Below the pieces are notes generated by a model. That model saw only the letters and a program-made list of their open reading frames with translations. It ran no database searches and was not told the origin of the DNA. A stretch of 64,000 nucleotides of DNA from IMG/VR virus record IMGVR_UViG_3300035698_006348, positions 1 to 64,000 of that record. The stretch is one strand, 5' to 3'. The stretch is from a virus. Numbering within the stretch: position 1 is the first letter of the stretch; the number at the start of each line of letters is the position of its first letter. Shown one piece after another: positions 9,777-20,447 of the stretch. The position numbers and the translations under genes are program-made.

Positions 9777-10083
9777 ATTGGTTAAAATTGAATACAATGG
9801 ATTTGTGGAAGAGGCTATTGTAACAAATGAAGAGGATAGTATTTCATCTGGAAGTTATCATTCTCCATACGTTGCAATATGCAGAGCGTGTGGAAAAACA
9901 ATTAAGCATAATGAGAATAGTCTTCCAATTTCTTGTGAATGTGATGGTGATTACTCTCCATCGTCATTAATGTTGGCGATGATTGAACATAATTTTCCAC
10001 CAAAAATAGTGACTAGTAAGATGACTTGCCAAGATATACATATTCCAACAAAAGAATGGGAAGTTATAAAGGTTTGGTGGTAA
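9769..10083 (+). CDS. Cys-rich Zn-binding hypothetical protein, paralogue 2
   Basis: CRACG...CECDG.YSPS.LM.A...CQ; start at MAKLV after AAGGAGG. Confidence 0.65.
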   Translation: MAKLVKIEYNGFVEEAIVTNEEDSISSGSYHSPYVAICRACGKTIKHNENSLPISCECDGDYSPSSLMLAMIEHNFPPKIVTSKMTCQDIHIPTKEWEVIKVWW

Positions 10084-10283
10084 TGACAGATTTATCAGAA
10101 GAGACTATTCTTAGGTTACTTAGCTTTGGTGTTAATCAGAAAGCTGAGTTAGTAGAAGTAACCATTGAGAATGGGGATACTGTAATTCAGTTTAGACTGA
10201 AAGCCCCAGAGGTTCTTCCTGGAGTTATAATAGCTAAGAATGAGACCACTACTGTGGTTCTCATGGAGGATAAACATGGATGA
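10083..10283 (+). CDS. Hypothetical protein
   Basis: TAATG overlap start (MTDLSEE). Confidence 0.55.
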   Translation: MTDLSEETILRLLSFGVNQKAELVEVTIENGDTVIQFRLKAPEVLPGVIIAKNETTTVVLMEDKHG

Positions 10284-10785
10284 ATTGAACATAACCACAG
10301 CATGTGCTTTGGTGGTAAGTATAGTAATAATCTTATTAGGTTACTTTTGGATTGGGGTTAGTATGTTAGTAATTATTCCAATTCAAGTAGTATGGAAATG
10401 GAAAACAAAATGAATAGAAAAGAAATAGTGACTGGACGTTTAATAACAATTATAATCCTATTATCATTCACTATTGGTGTAATAGTAGGAAGTACACTTT
10501 GGAGGTTATTCTCATGACTAGCAAATATAGAAAAAATTTACGAAAACAAAGATGGAATAAAGTAGCAGAAATATTGGCATATCTATTTGTATGTCTATTA
10601 CTATTTACTTTTGGATTCCTATTATCATCAATCCTAGTACGGATTATGGTTAATGGGATGGTTCAATGAACAACCACAAATATAGAAAGAAATTGTGGAC
10701 TTTACTTATCATAATATTATTTATGATACTTAGTTATATTATTGGATATTATATATCTGATTATATGTTTTGGATTGGAGTGTAA
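10276..10785 (+). CDS. Four translationally coupled single-TM peptides (10276-10413, 10410-10517, 10514-10669, 10666-10785)
   Basis: Hand translation gives 45, 35, 51 and 39 aa, each with one hydrophobic helix, chained by ATGA overlaps. Confidence 0.6.
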
Positions 10786-10786
10786 A

Positions 10787-11242
10787 ATGAGTGGAATACT
10801 TAAGAAAATTGAAGACATTGTAAAACCAGTTGGGCTTGCAAATGAGAAATTACGGGAAGCCAAGTCCTTTTTTGAAGATACAGAAGATACTTCAAAAGCC
10901 AAACTCAAAGACCTCATTGAAATGGGAGGTTTAGATGGAAGTACATGGAGAGCCTCATACGGAGGAAACACACTGAAAAGAACCAGTATAATCTACTTAC
11001 ACAGCGATTACCGCAGTCAAGCATTCTTGAAAAATTTTCCAAGAACACATTTGGGAATAGTTGACATTTACTCAAATTGGGAAGGCGAATTAATTATAAG
11101 AGGGTCAGTAGAAAACATTATAAAATTCACTAAGAACCATGGAATGTGCATTATTAATCTTAGAGTAGCAAAAACTGGCTTATTCTTTGATGTAGAACGA
11201 CCAATCCACTGTCCGAAGTTCTTTGAAGGTGATTGGTGTTAA
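10787..11242 (+). CDS. Hypothetical protein
   Basis: Likely start MSGILKK after GGAG. Confidence 0.6.
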   Translation: MSGILKKIEDIVKPVGLANEKLREAKSFFEDTEDTSKAKLKDLIEMGGLDGSTWRASYGGNTLKRTSIIYLHSDYRSQAFLKNFPRTHLGIVDIYSNWEGELIIRGSVENIIKFTKNHGMCIINLRVAKTGLFFDVERPIHCPKFFEGDWC

Positions 11243-11244
11243 TA

Positions 11245-11671
11245 ATGAATCTATTTCTTTTAGCATATGTTAGTATTGGGGTATCTTTTATGGTTACCAT
11301 AACTGTAGCAACTCTAAAAGGTACTAAACCCAATCTTTGGGTGATAATATCAAGTATAGTAGTTTGGTCACTTGCTGGCCTTACTTGGCCGATATGGGCA
11401 TTCGTAACAATGTTATACACAGTAAGCAACCATAGATAGGAGGAATATAATGAAGGTACTTATTGGAGTTTATCTAGTTGGATTTCTTATTTTTGTAATA
11501 AGAATGGTATTTTGGAGCATTACATATAATAATAAAACTGATGGTAATATTGATATTGGGCTACTAATATTTAGTGTGCTAGTTTGGGCACTTATTGGAA
11601 CTCTCTGGCCAATTGTTGTAATAGCAACTATGGCATATGGAATGGATAAACAGAATGATACAACTGGATAA
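11245..11671 (+). CDS. Two paralogous 2-TM membrane peptides (11245-11439, 11450-11671)
   Basis: Both share the W..(A/I)G..WPI motif and hydrophobic helices. Confidence 0.6.
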
Positions 11672-13039
11672 TGGTATATCTGAGGAAGTCAACGTTCACG
11701 GCAGATATGATATAGGAAGTAAAAGAGTAACTGTGGTAATTAATGGTGAAAGTAAATTCTGTGGAGTGCCAAATATGTTATGGGCACCACTTGTGTATGA
11801 ATATATTATTTCATTGTTAAAATTTAGACAATTTGGCTATTTTGAAGATACAAGTAAGCTTATGGTATATGTGCGTAAACAAGTTAAAATGCAAAAAGAT
11901 ATGGATGATTTAAAATGCACCATGTTAATTGTAGAAGTTACTTTAGCCTGGTTCTACTTAGGTGAGGGCTTAAAGAGATTATGGAGGCATATAAGAAAAT
12001 GATACAACTGGATACTAATTGGATTGTGTCTGCTAAGACCCTAAATCCAAATACATTTTATTTAATGAGAGAGGGGCAAAATTTCCGTGTAGCTGTCCTA
12101 AATTTGCAAGGAGTTTTTGGAATTGTAATTTCTCCAAGCCAATTAGCGGCAGGAGAGACCATAAGTGCAATTAGTAAAATCTCTGGTATTTCTTCTATGA
12201 GAAAAATAGCCTCAAAACTGGAATGTAACAAACAAACCGCTCACCTGTTTGTGAGGAATGGATAATATAATGGATAAAAATAAACAATACGTTATAAGTG
12301 GGAAATATACATTCTTGTTAGATGGATTAGAGTTATCATTAGAATTTTACAATGATTACGATGTTAAACTCTGTGATTTACCAAGCGAAGAATGGGCTCA
12401 GAAAGCTGCGGATTATGCAGTAATTGTGCTAACTCTTGGGTATTGTGATAATATTGGAGACTTACAAAATGTAATGGTAACTGCTATCAAAGATGCCGCT
12501 GAACCAGAGGATTTGAAATGAGGGTCTCCAGGATTTATCCCACGTTATGTAAGTGTGGTAAGCCAGCCTTCTATAATATAGTGGAAGAAAACAAAGCAGC
12601 CAGACAAGTATGTGGTAAATGTCTGACCAATAGGGAAAGAAAACTGGTAGAGAAGGCAATCCCAGTAAATGAATATACAAAGATTGGAACCATCTTCGGT
12701 TGCAGAGAGGTAAATTCTGGGGATGTTACCCAAGTTATGGAAAGAATGACCAAATTTGAAAAGTCTCGTGGAGAGAACTCAAAAGTAGTTTCCGAAATTA
12801 GAAGGGAGAAGAAATCCAAAGATGAATTACTATATGGGGAATTGTCAATGCAAGCCAGCATTTACTTTGGTTTGGTTGGAATTGTATATGAAAAACCACC
12901 AATCGTTGTACTAAATGGTAGGAATTTTAGCTTAATATGTATTATGGGAAAATACGTATTATGCGATGTAAAAAACAGACCAATCTTTTATTCTAATGAG
13001 CATGGAAAAAAGGTCGGCTATGTGAAAGGAGCTAAGTAA
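11637..13039 (+). CDS. Four hypothetical proteins (11637-12002, 11981-12265, 12258-12521, 12518-13039)
   Basis: Overlapping ORFs; the first two contain MIQLD near their starts; the last has CxC..CxxC. Confidence 0.55.
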
Positions 13040-13092
13040 CCCATGAAATAATATAGATATATATGATAAAATATATAATTATGATAAAATTG

Positions 13093-13129
13093 GAGCCATG
13101 TCGGTACCGAGATACGGCTCTTATTTTTT
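13093..13129 (+). terminator. Probable intrinsic terminator
   Basis: GAGCC...GGCTC stem followed by TTATTTTT. Confidence 0.55.
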
Positions 13130-13224
13130 ATGTATTTGGTTATAACCCACGTTGAGCTTACAGCCCACGGAATTGGTGAGTATGTGAGCAAAAATTATGT
13201 GGTGTATATAAAGGAGGAATAACG

Positions 13225-14462
13225 ATGAATAAGAAGAAACGAATGATATATGCAATTGTGGTTGTACTTGGTCTATTTTCTGGTATCTCTGGTCTTATCT
13301 GGTTAAATCTAGCCTATCCAGAAATAGGTATAATTCTCTTTTTTGGTATTTTAATAGGATGTGCAATATATTTTACATATGAGCTTTTTGGTATGATTTT
13401 CTAAGAAAGGAGGTAATATGGGATATACCAAAGAAGAAGAAGCTCTTTATATTATATGTGCGGATAGTGAAAATTTAACTTTGCTATTAAAAAGAATTCC
13501 AAAAGAGTCTAAAATTATTGGGATAAAAAAAATAAGTAAGACTAGAGAAAAAGTTATTTTTACCATGAACAAATCTAGAATAGAGGCTACATTTAGCCAA
13601 AAAAGTAATTACTCCCCATTAATTACAATATATACATTTTCAACAAATGAAAAATTGGCAGAAAGAGTGAGCATGGATATTGGATAAACAGTAAAAAAGG
13701 AGGTACCATATATGTTACCACCAATTCAAAAAGTATTCTTTACAAATCTGTGTAGGAGAACCACCTCCATATCACACATACTAAGGATAATGCCAGTTCA
13801 ATCAGAAGTGATTGGAATAGCTAAATTATCCCCAATATTACAAAGAATAACTTTTGTTTCATATGGGTTTAGAATTAATATCTTGTACCAATCAAACCTA
13901 ATAGCACCACTTAACTTAAATGTTATGAACTACCCAACTATAGCAGCCTTAAGAAATCAAATTGCTGTAGATAGATCCACATTTGGAGGATAAAATATGG
14001 CAATCCCTACTAATAGATATTACACAGGTGTTATTAGTATTCTCCAAACATTGGACATTGATTCCATTAAAAAATTGGAGATAAATAAAAATGGGAGTGG
14101 AAAAATACTATATACCAAAAAACGTTTCGAGAATTGTTATAAAATAATAAAAAATGATAATGGCTTATACTCACTGGAGTTTATATATAGGTCACATGGA
14201 TTTGTAGGATAAAATGGATATATTACAAAAAAAATTATCCTTCCTAATGAGCAAGTTAAACACCACAATGGATGTAAAAGATATTTTACCATTTATATGT
14301 GTTGACGGTGTAAAGATTCTATCCTTTTACGTAACTAATAATGTATATGGAAAAACATATTTAGAGATAGATATAGAGTCTGATGGTGAATATTGTTGTA
14401 CTATTGATATAATATTAGACAGAAAAAAGTTTGACTCTGTGGCAATATTTCCTATATTTTAA
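13225..14462 (+). CDS. Run of small hypothetical proteins (13225-13404 TM peptide, 13418-13687, 13712-13993, 13997-14212, 14214-14462)
   Basis: Strong GGAGG RBSs; 13418 and 13712 share IP/MP..S.(I/V)IGI.K(I/L)S. Confidence 0.6.
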
Positions 14463-14473
14463 AGGAGTAGTTT

Positions 14474-15583
14474 ATGGGATCAATGAAATATCCAACGATT
14501 GATACTATCGGTTTGGAGATAGAAGTTGAGAATCTCTCTCAACGGAAACTACAAAACGAAGTCAATCCAGCATTATTTTCAATGGTGCATGATGCATCTA
14601 TTGAAAGCAATTCCCCAGTGTTTGGTAATATTCCTATTGTTGTAACTGGGGGAGGTAGAATCCCCAATGTAGGTACTTCTACAATTGGTACTGAGTTAGT
14701 ATCAATTCCTATGGTGATAGAAGGAAACTTTGATCTTCTTTCCCACCTAAAAGAAGTAACTAATATCTTAATTATGAATGGAGAGCCCTTAGAATCATTT
14801 AGAGCATCAACCCATGTCCACGTAAATATTCCCTGGAACTTACAAATTCTAAAGAATATCATGATTTTAGGTGGACATTTAGAAGATTTGTTTTTTAGAA
14901 TTGGCGGTATGGGGTCTACTTTCAGAGGATTGAAAGTAAACAATAGTCAATTCTGTAGACCAATTACTCTTTGGGGACCGCAGTGTGCTGAAGGCAGAAA
15001 CGGTGTATTCCAATTATTTAACATTGAAGATTTATTAAGGTCTAGAACCACATCTGGGTTCTGGAATAGATATGGAGGTATAAATATAACTAATAGTCAG
15101 GTATCAAGATATCACCCAGTTAGGTACACATGGTTAAATCTATATAGTTTGTTATACCATGGTACTCTGGAATTCAGAGTGTTCAATAAAAATTTGAATC
15201 CTCAATTTATCTTGGCAATCATTGATCTCTGCCAATCTTTCTCAAGAACAATTTTGAAAGAATTACCAGAAAATTTGGAAATGAACTCAGTATTTATTTC
15301 TAATGGTAATCAGGAAGAACGCTTTGAAAATATGATTGAGTTACTAGATATATCAGAATCCAAAACACTTCGGACTATCTTTAACCGCAGTAAAGAAGTT
15401 GTATTGGAAGAGGGGTATATCTATAGCCATCTAAATAGGGATACAAGATATAACTTTAACAGATATCAACCAAAGATTGTAACAAACGTATCTCGGTTTG
15501 AAATAGCTGATATCCATCATATAAATCGTGGAAGTCAGTATCTGGAAGATAACGTCTCTAGACCACTAGAAGAAGGAGAATAA
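14474..15583 (+). CDS. Putative amidoligase enzyme (Amidoligase_2, glutamine synthetase-like COOH-NH2 ligase)
   Basis: GLEIE, DASI, ELVS, HVHV, RY..LN and TLEFR motifs. Confidence 0.8.
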   Translation: MGSMKYPTIDTIGLEIEVENLSQRKLQNEVNPALFSMVHDASIESNSPVFGNIPIVVTGGGRIPNVGTSTIGTELVSIPMVIEGNFDLLSHLKEVTNILIMNGEPLESFRASTHVHVNIPWNLQILKNIMILGGHLEDLFFRIGGMGSTFRGLKVNNSQFCRPITLWGPQCAEGRNGVFQLFNIEDLLRSRTTSGFWNRYGGINITNSQVSRYHPVRYTWLNLYSLLYHGTLEFRVFNKNLNPQFILAIIDLCQSFSRTILKELPENLEMNSVFISNGNQEERFENMIELLDISESKTLRTIFNRSKEVVLEEGYIYSHLNRDTRYNFNRYQPKIVTNVSRFEIADIHHINRGSQYLEDNVSRPLEEGE

Positions 15584-15586
15584 CAT

Positions 15587-16717
15587 ATGTGCCAATTAAT
15601 ATTTGTAAAGAGTAAAGATCCAAAAATTGCAGCGACAATTACCTATTTACAGATGTACATTGATTCAATAACTGAGCACCAGGATGGTTATGGTGCATAT
15701 GCTAATAATAGTCTCTTTGTTAGTGATGGAGTGGCATCAAACATCACAAATTTACATAGAATCCTTACAAAAATGAATGCCACTGAGTATATTGGGCATG
15801 TTAGGAAAGCCACAAGCTTTAGAGGAAAGAAAGATGTTAAAAACTCTTTCTCCCATCCATTTGATAAAGAAGACTTTACTCTTGCCCACAATGGAACACT
15901 AACATGGGATAAAATTGTAGATGAGACTGCTTTTGAAGCAACAAGACCAGAAGTAAAAAGTATGATAGACTCTGATGTATTTGCAACTTATCTCCAAAGT
16001 GTTTATAATGGCAATATGGTGACCAGTGTACAGCTTGCAATGCGAAAGTTTAATGGTAAATTCGCTTTTATTATATTTGATAAGACTGTCCAAAAACATT
16101 TTATTGTCAGAGGAAAAGCCACATTGTACAAAGCACTTATCACCGCTGGGGAAGAAACAATACTAATTATAAACACAGAAAAAGAATCTCTAAAACGTGG
16201 GCTAGTTCTTACCATAAATATACTAAACACTTATGGATTAAAAGTAGAAGACTTTCCGAAAATAGAAGAAATTCCCGCAGAAACAATTTCTATTATTGAT
16301 GGATATGACGTAAAGGAGGTAGGAAAAATAAAAGAAACCACAGCAACTTACTATCACTCTACTTACAAAGAGAGTACATATATAGCTCCAGCATCAAGTT
16401 GGCAGTATGCTCCACCAACTGGGGCTAAGAAGTTAATTGATTACTGTGTTGACTTTATACGGGACACTGGATTAAGTCTTGCTGAACTAGATATGGTGGC
16501 AAAAGTTGTATTGAATACACCCCTCTTTGGAATGAGGAAAGAAGACGTGGAAAAACTTACTCTTGTTTTGGATGAGCTTCAGAAATTAAACTCACAAGAT
16601 AAGATAAATGCATTTTTATATGGAGATTGTAACCTGACTAATTTACAGTATCCATATATGCTAAATGAAGTAGACGAATTATATGGAGGCCAGAGTGCAG
16701 ATACTATATTTATCTAA
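15587..16717 (+). CDS. Class II (Ntn) glutamine amidotransferase
   Basis: N-terminal MC, DGYG, GHVRKAT, SHPF, AHNG and DSD motifs. Confidence 0.85.
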   Translation: MCQLIFVKSKDPKIAATITYLQMYIDSITEHQDGYGAYANNSLFVSDGVASNITNLHRILTKMNATEYIGHVRKATSFRGKKDVKNSFSHPFDKEDFTLAHNGTLTWDKIVDETAFEATRPEVKSMIDSDVFATYLQSVYNGNMVTSVQLAMRKFNGKFAFIIFDKTVQKHFIVRGKATLYKALITAGEETILIINTEKESLKRGLVLTINILNTYGLKVEDFPKIEEIPAETISIIDGYDVKEVGKIKETTATYYHSTYKESTYIAPASSWQYAPPTGAKKLIDYCVDFIRDTGLSLAELDMVAKVVLNTPLFGMRKEDVEKLTLVLDELQKLNSQDKINAFLYGDCNLTNLQYPYMLNEVDELYGGQSADTIFI

Positions 16718-17453
16718 ATTTAAGCCATCAGCAAGAATCCTTCGGGATGCTTTGAATAATGCTGGAGTTACAACCACACTTGCAGGTGAGTGTGAAGACC
16801 TAAATGGCCCATTTATTAGATATGGTCATAAAGGTAGTATTGGGATTAGAAATAATGCTGTTGATTTAAATTTTAATACTCGTAAATTTATTGAAGCTTC
16901 TGGAAATAAAATGATTATGTCAAAAACATTTACAGAGGCTGGAGTAGTAACTCCACAGTTCTACCAAATGACTAAAGATCCAGAAGATTATCCAGTAATG
17001 GTTAGAACAACTCTAAGTGGGTTTAAAGGAAGAGGGATTTATATCTGTGAAACAACAAAAGAGTTTGAGTCCTTCTGCGACCAAAAAGGAAGCTTCTGGA
17101 CACCATTCTTAAATATCTCAAGGGAATATCGGGTTCACGTTGTGAATAACCAAATTGTAAAACTCTTTAAGAAGGTATACTCTGGTGAAGAACCAGAAGA
17201 TTACCCAATTAGGAATATGGATAATGGATACCACTTTTCTATTAGAAATAATATGAATCCATTTGTAAAATTGGTTCAGTTTGTTGATAGAATTTGTGAA
17301 GTAATGCCTATTGGGTTTACTGCAATGGATATAGGATTCTTGGAGAATGAAAGAAAATATATCCTGATAGAAACAAACTCTGCTCCAGGGCTAAATGAAA
17401 ACTCAGCTGGCCTCTTTGTGGATGAGATAAAAAGGAGACTAGATGATCTTTAG
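16683..17453 (+). CDS. RimK-like ATP-grasp ligase
   Basis: YPVMVR..GRGI, EYRVHV, AMDI and ETNSAPGL motifs. Confidence 0.85.
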   Translation: MEARVQILYLSKFKPSARILRDALNNAGVTTTLAGECEDLNGPFIRYGHKGSIGIRNNAVDLNFNTRKFIEASGNKMIMSKTFTEAGVVTPQFYQMTKDPEDYPVMVRTTLSGFKGRGIYICETTKEFESFCDQKGSFWTPFLNISREYRVHVVNNQIVKLFKKVYSGEEPEDYPIRNMDNGYHFSIRNNMNPFVKLVQFVDRICEVMPIGFTAMDIGFLENERKYILIETNSAPGLNENSAGLFVDEIKRRLDDL

Positions 17454-18207
17454 AGGGCAAACACGAATAATGAGGGAGGTGGATATTCTAACCAAAAACA
17501 TTATACGTGGATACCCTATCAACATTGCTCTGATTGCTCAGAGTGGCATGGGAAAAACAACTCTAGGTTTAAAAATATTGGGTGATGTGGGCATTCATCA
17601 ATCTCAAGTAAGTGGACCACCTGATTTTAATTTTGACTTCGGAAAAAGACACCATCTTTTTGATGAAGTACATGAATTAAAATATCCAGAAGCTTTATAT
17701 GAGATTATGGATAGAGGGGACTACACAATGCTCTTAGCCACAAATGAAAGTGGTGATTTAAAAGAACCGCTATTAAACAGGTGTATTCCATTAATCTTTG
17801 AGGCTTATACAGAAGGAGATTTATATAATATCCTTGGAGATATCATTGGAGACGAACTAAGTAAAGAGTTGTATCCAACTATAATTGATTCTTGTAAGAG
17901 TAATCCACGGGAATTGAAAGTATTAGCAGAACGATTGCTATATGTTAATCGGGAAGTAAAACTTACATCTGTAAGAATGTTAAAAGATGTAATGGAAGAT
18001 ATACTAAATATATACGGAGGCTTAAACCAGAATGATAGAATATATCTTGACAAGTTAGATTCTCTAGGTGGAATGGCTAGTCTTACTTTATTAGAAAATA
18101 GCACTGGGTTATCGAAAAGCTCATTGTTACGTTTAGAGCCAGAACTAATAGCCAATGGGTATATTAAAATTTCCTCACGTGGAAGAGTTTTAGTCAAAAA
18201 ATATTAA
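17443..18207 (+). CDS. RuvB-like AAA+ ATPase
   Basis: F.GQ, Walker A SGMGKTT, Walker B FDEVH, ATN..G.L..PL.NR, and C-terminal EP.LI..GYI..SSRGR typical of RuvB. Confidence 0.8.
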   Translation: MIFRGQTRIMREVDILTKNIIRGYPINIALIAQSGMGKTTLGLKILGDVGIHQSQVSGPPDFNFDFGKRHHLFDEVHELKYPEALYEIMDRGDYTMLLATNESGDLKEPLLNRCIPLIFEAYTEGDLYNILGDIIGDELSKELYPTIIDSCKSNPRELKVLAERLLYVNREVKLTSVRMLKDVMEDILNIYGGLNQNDRIYLDKLDSLGGMASLTLLENSTGLSKSSLLRLEPELIANGYIKISSRGRVLVKKY

Positions 18208-18225
18208 GAATTATTTGGAGGTACA

Positions 18226-19170
18226 ATGAAACAAATTTTTAATTACAACACAAACAGCAAGTATCTTTTACACTCACCAGCTTTTAAAGAAATATCTGCG
18301 GTTTTAAAAGATAAAGGATTTGAAACTGTTTACCAGCTGGAAGTTGATCCTAATATTACATTCCTAATAGAAATAGAAAAAGATGACCTACGTCTTTATA
18401 AACCATCTACAGCCCCAGTTGAGGCAGGATATATTGAGATGGCTTATAAGAATAATGAGTATTCTAAATTTATTGGGCATATGCTATTAGTTGATAAATA
18501 CGGAACTAAGCTATATGATTTTACAGACAAAACCCCACTCAGTATAGGGGTTAAAAAATGTGAGGTTTTCTATGATTTGGGATCAGATATGCTGGAAGAA
18601 TCACCACGTATATTCTTTTTTAAGGATACTGCTATTGTTAATGACAGCAGGAAAACAAATATATTTGCCATGTTAAAAATAATCTATATGTCTGCTGGGC
18701 TTATGATACCCCAAAAGGAAACTGAATTCGGATCTGGAGTTGTATTTGGTATCATAAGGAAATTGGGAGGAATGGAAGATAAAACAGTACTTACAATAAA
18801 ACTGGCAGAACCAGTGTTATATCCAAGGAAAAAATTAACAAAGAATCCAAAAGAAAGTAAAAAACTTGGGAAAATTGGTGCAAAAATTGCAAGAAAACTT
18901 GTGAAAGATAAAAGAAAGGCAGAAACGAATGTATTGACATATAGTACTTCCATGAAATTATCAGAACTCCTAAAAACAAAATTGGGAGAAGGAGCTGAAA
19001 TTCCAACAGTTATTAATGACATAGAATTGGATAAAGTGGAATCAATGGCTGTTAGAAAAGGACGGCTATACATAAAAATTAGTACTAATGACCCAGCCAC
19101 ATTTGAAAAGGTTTATAGCACCTTCAATGATGCGGCAATAGCTTTATATACGATCATAGGAGTAGACTAA
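18226..19170 (+). CDS. Hypothetical protein
   Basis: 314-aa ORF, GGAGG RBS. Confidence 0.65.
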   Translation: MKQIFNYNTNSKYLLHSPAFKEISAVLKDKGFETVYQLEVDPNITFLIEIEKDDLRLYKPSTAPVEAGYIEMAYKNNEYSKFIGHMLLVDKYGTKLYDFTDKTPLSIGVKKCEVFYDLGSDMLEESPRIFFFKDTAIVNDSRKTNIFAMLKIIYMSAGLMIPQKETEFGSGVVFGIIRKLGGMEDKTVLTIKLAEPVLYPRKKLTKNPKESKKLGKIGAKIARKLVKDKRKAETNVLTYSTSMKLSELLKTKLGEGAEIPTVINDIELDKVESMAVRKGRLYIKISTNDPATFEKVYSTFNDAAIALYTIIGVD

Positions 19171-19529
19171 TGTTATACCATGCAAAATGTGGTGGTAGTA
19201 TCACTATTGATATTGCCCAAAATATATCCACGGTAGCTTCGTTTGGAATTGGTTATTCAGAGCTAAGAACAAGTCTTATTAAACTAAACTTCAATAAAGG
19301 TGCAGCAAATGCCAGGGCGTTCTATTGTGTAAACTGCGATAGAGTCATTGAGCCAGAAGAAGTTGTCGGTAAGTGTATGCACTGTGGAGAAACATTCCCA
19401 GCTGATAAGCTGTATATTCCAGAATGTGGTGGAGTATACTGTGAAAAATGTGCTAAAGAAGAGTTTAAATCATACAAGAAAAAGAACGTACTTGTAATTC
19501 TCAAAACTTGTAAACTGGTAATTAAATAA
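19170..19529 (+). CDS. Zn-ribbon protein
   Basis: HxxC plus several CxxC pairs. Confidence 0.65.
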   Translation: MLYHAKCGGSITIDIAQNISTVASFGIGYSELRTSLIKLNFNKGAANARAFYCVNCDRVIEPEEVVGKCMHCGETFPADKLYIPECGGVYCEKCAKEEFKSYKKKNVLVILKTCKLVIK

Positions 19530-19541
19530 AAGGAAAAACAA

Positions 19542-20438
19542 ATGACAAAGTATGGAACTGACCCAGAAGTGTTTATCTCTACTGAAGTAATTCCAAGTAG
19601 TTATGATGAAAATTTTATTAAAGATATTCCGTTCTGTGATATTCCCATCTCACTAGAACGAGAGGGCAAGATTAAACCAATGGATGAAGATGTAAGACAC
19701 CCATTGTATTTTGAAGGAAAAGACTATAAAGTTATTGGTGATGGTGTAGCGTTAGAAGTTAATTTGAAAAGACCACACACTGATCCAAATGAAATGAGAG
19801 AAATTGTTTTAGACGCTTTAGCCACAGTAGAACTGGAGGCTGGGCTGAAGTGTGAAGTTATCCCAGTTGTAAACTTTGATTATCAGAGATTCTGTACTCA
19901 AGAGAATATGATGGATGAACGGTTTGCGACATCTGTTATCTTTGGCTGTGACCCAGATGAAGATGCATTCGATGTATACGACTGTAATACCATAGATGCT
20001 ACAAGCCATCCATATAGATATGGTGGTGGTCATATTCATCTCTCCGATATCGGAGAGGCTGTAGAATATCCAAGAGTGATTACTAAATTATTAGCACTTA
20101 CAGCTGGAAACTTCTGTAACGCTAATACTAAATTCCCTGAGTTAACGAAGGTACGTGGCGAACTATATGGTAATCCCGGAAGATTCAGAAGGCAGAGTTA
20201 TGGAAATGGAACAAAAGGTGTTGAATACCGTTCACCATCCAATGAGTGGCTTACCTTTGAAAAGAGTACATTTGAATTACTATTTAAATGGATTGATACA
20301 GCAGTAATCTTATTCAATAGCCCAGATGGTAAAAGTGTATTGGAGAAGTTTGAATTTCCAACATTCTCTGCAATAAAAAGCTGTAATGCTGAAAAATCAA
20401 ATGTTATTTTGAAACAATTGGAAAAATATCTACAATAG
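19542..20438 (+). CDS. phiEco32-like COOH.NH2 ligase type 2
   Basis: G.DPE, DG...E.N, FGCDPD, R.GGGHIH, R..LYG..G.FR and VEYRSPSN.W motifs. Confidence 0.85.
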   Translation: MTKYGTDPEVFISTEVIPSSYDENFIKDIPFCDIPISLEREGKIKPMDEDVRHPLYFEGKDYKVIGDGVALEVNLKRPHTDPNEMREIVLDALATVELEAGLKCEVIPVVNFDYQRFCTQENMMDERFATSVIFGCDPDEDAFDVYDCNTIDATSHPYRYGGGHIHLSDIGEAVEYPRVITKLLALTAGNFCNANTKFPELTKVRGELYGNPGRFRRQSYGNGTKGVEYRSPSNEWLTFEKSTFELLFKWIDTAVILFNSPDGKSVLEKFEFPTFSAIKSCNAEKSNVILKQLEKYLQ

Positions 20439-20447
20439 GAGAAAATA

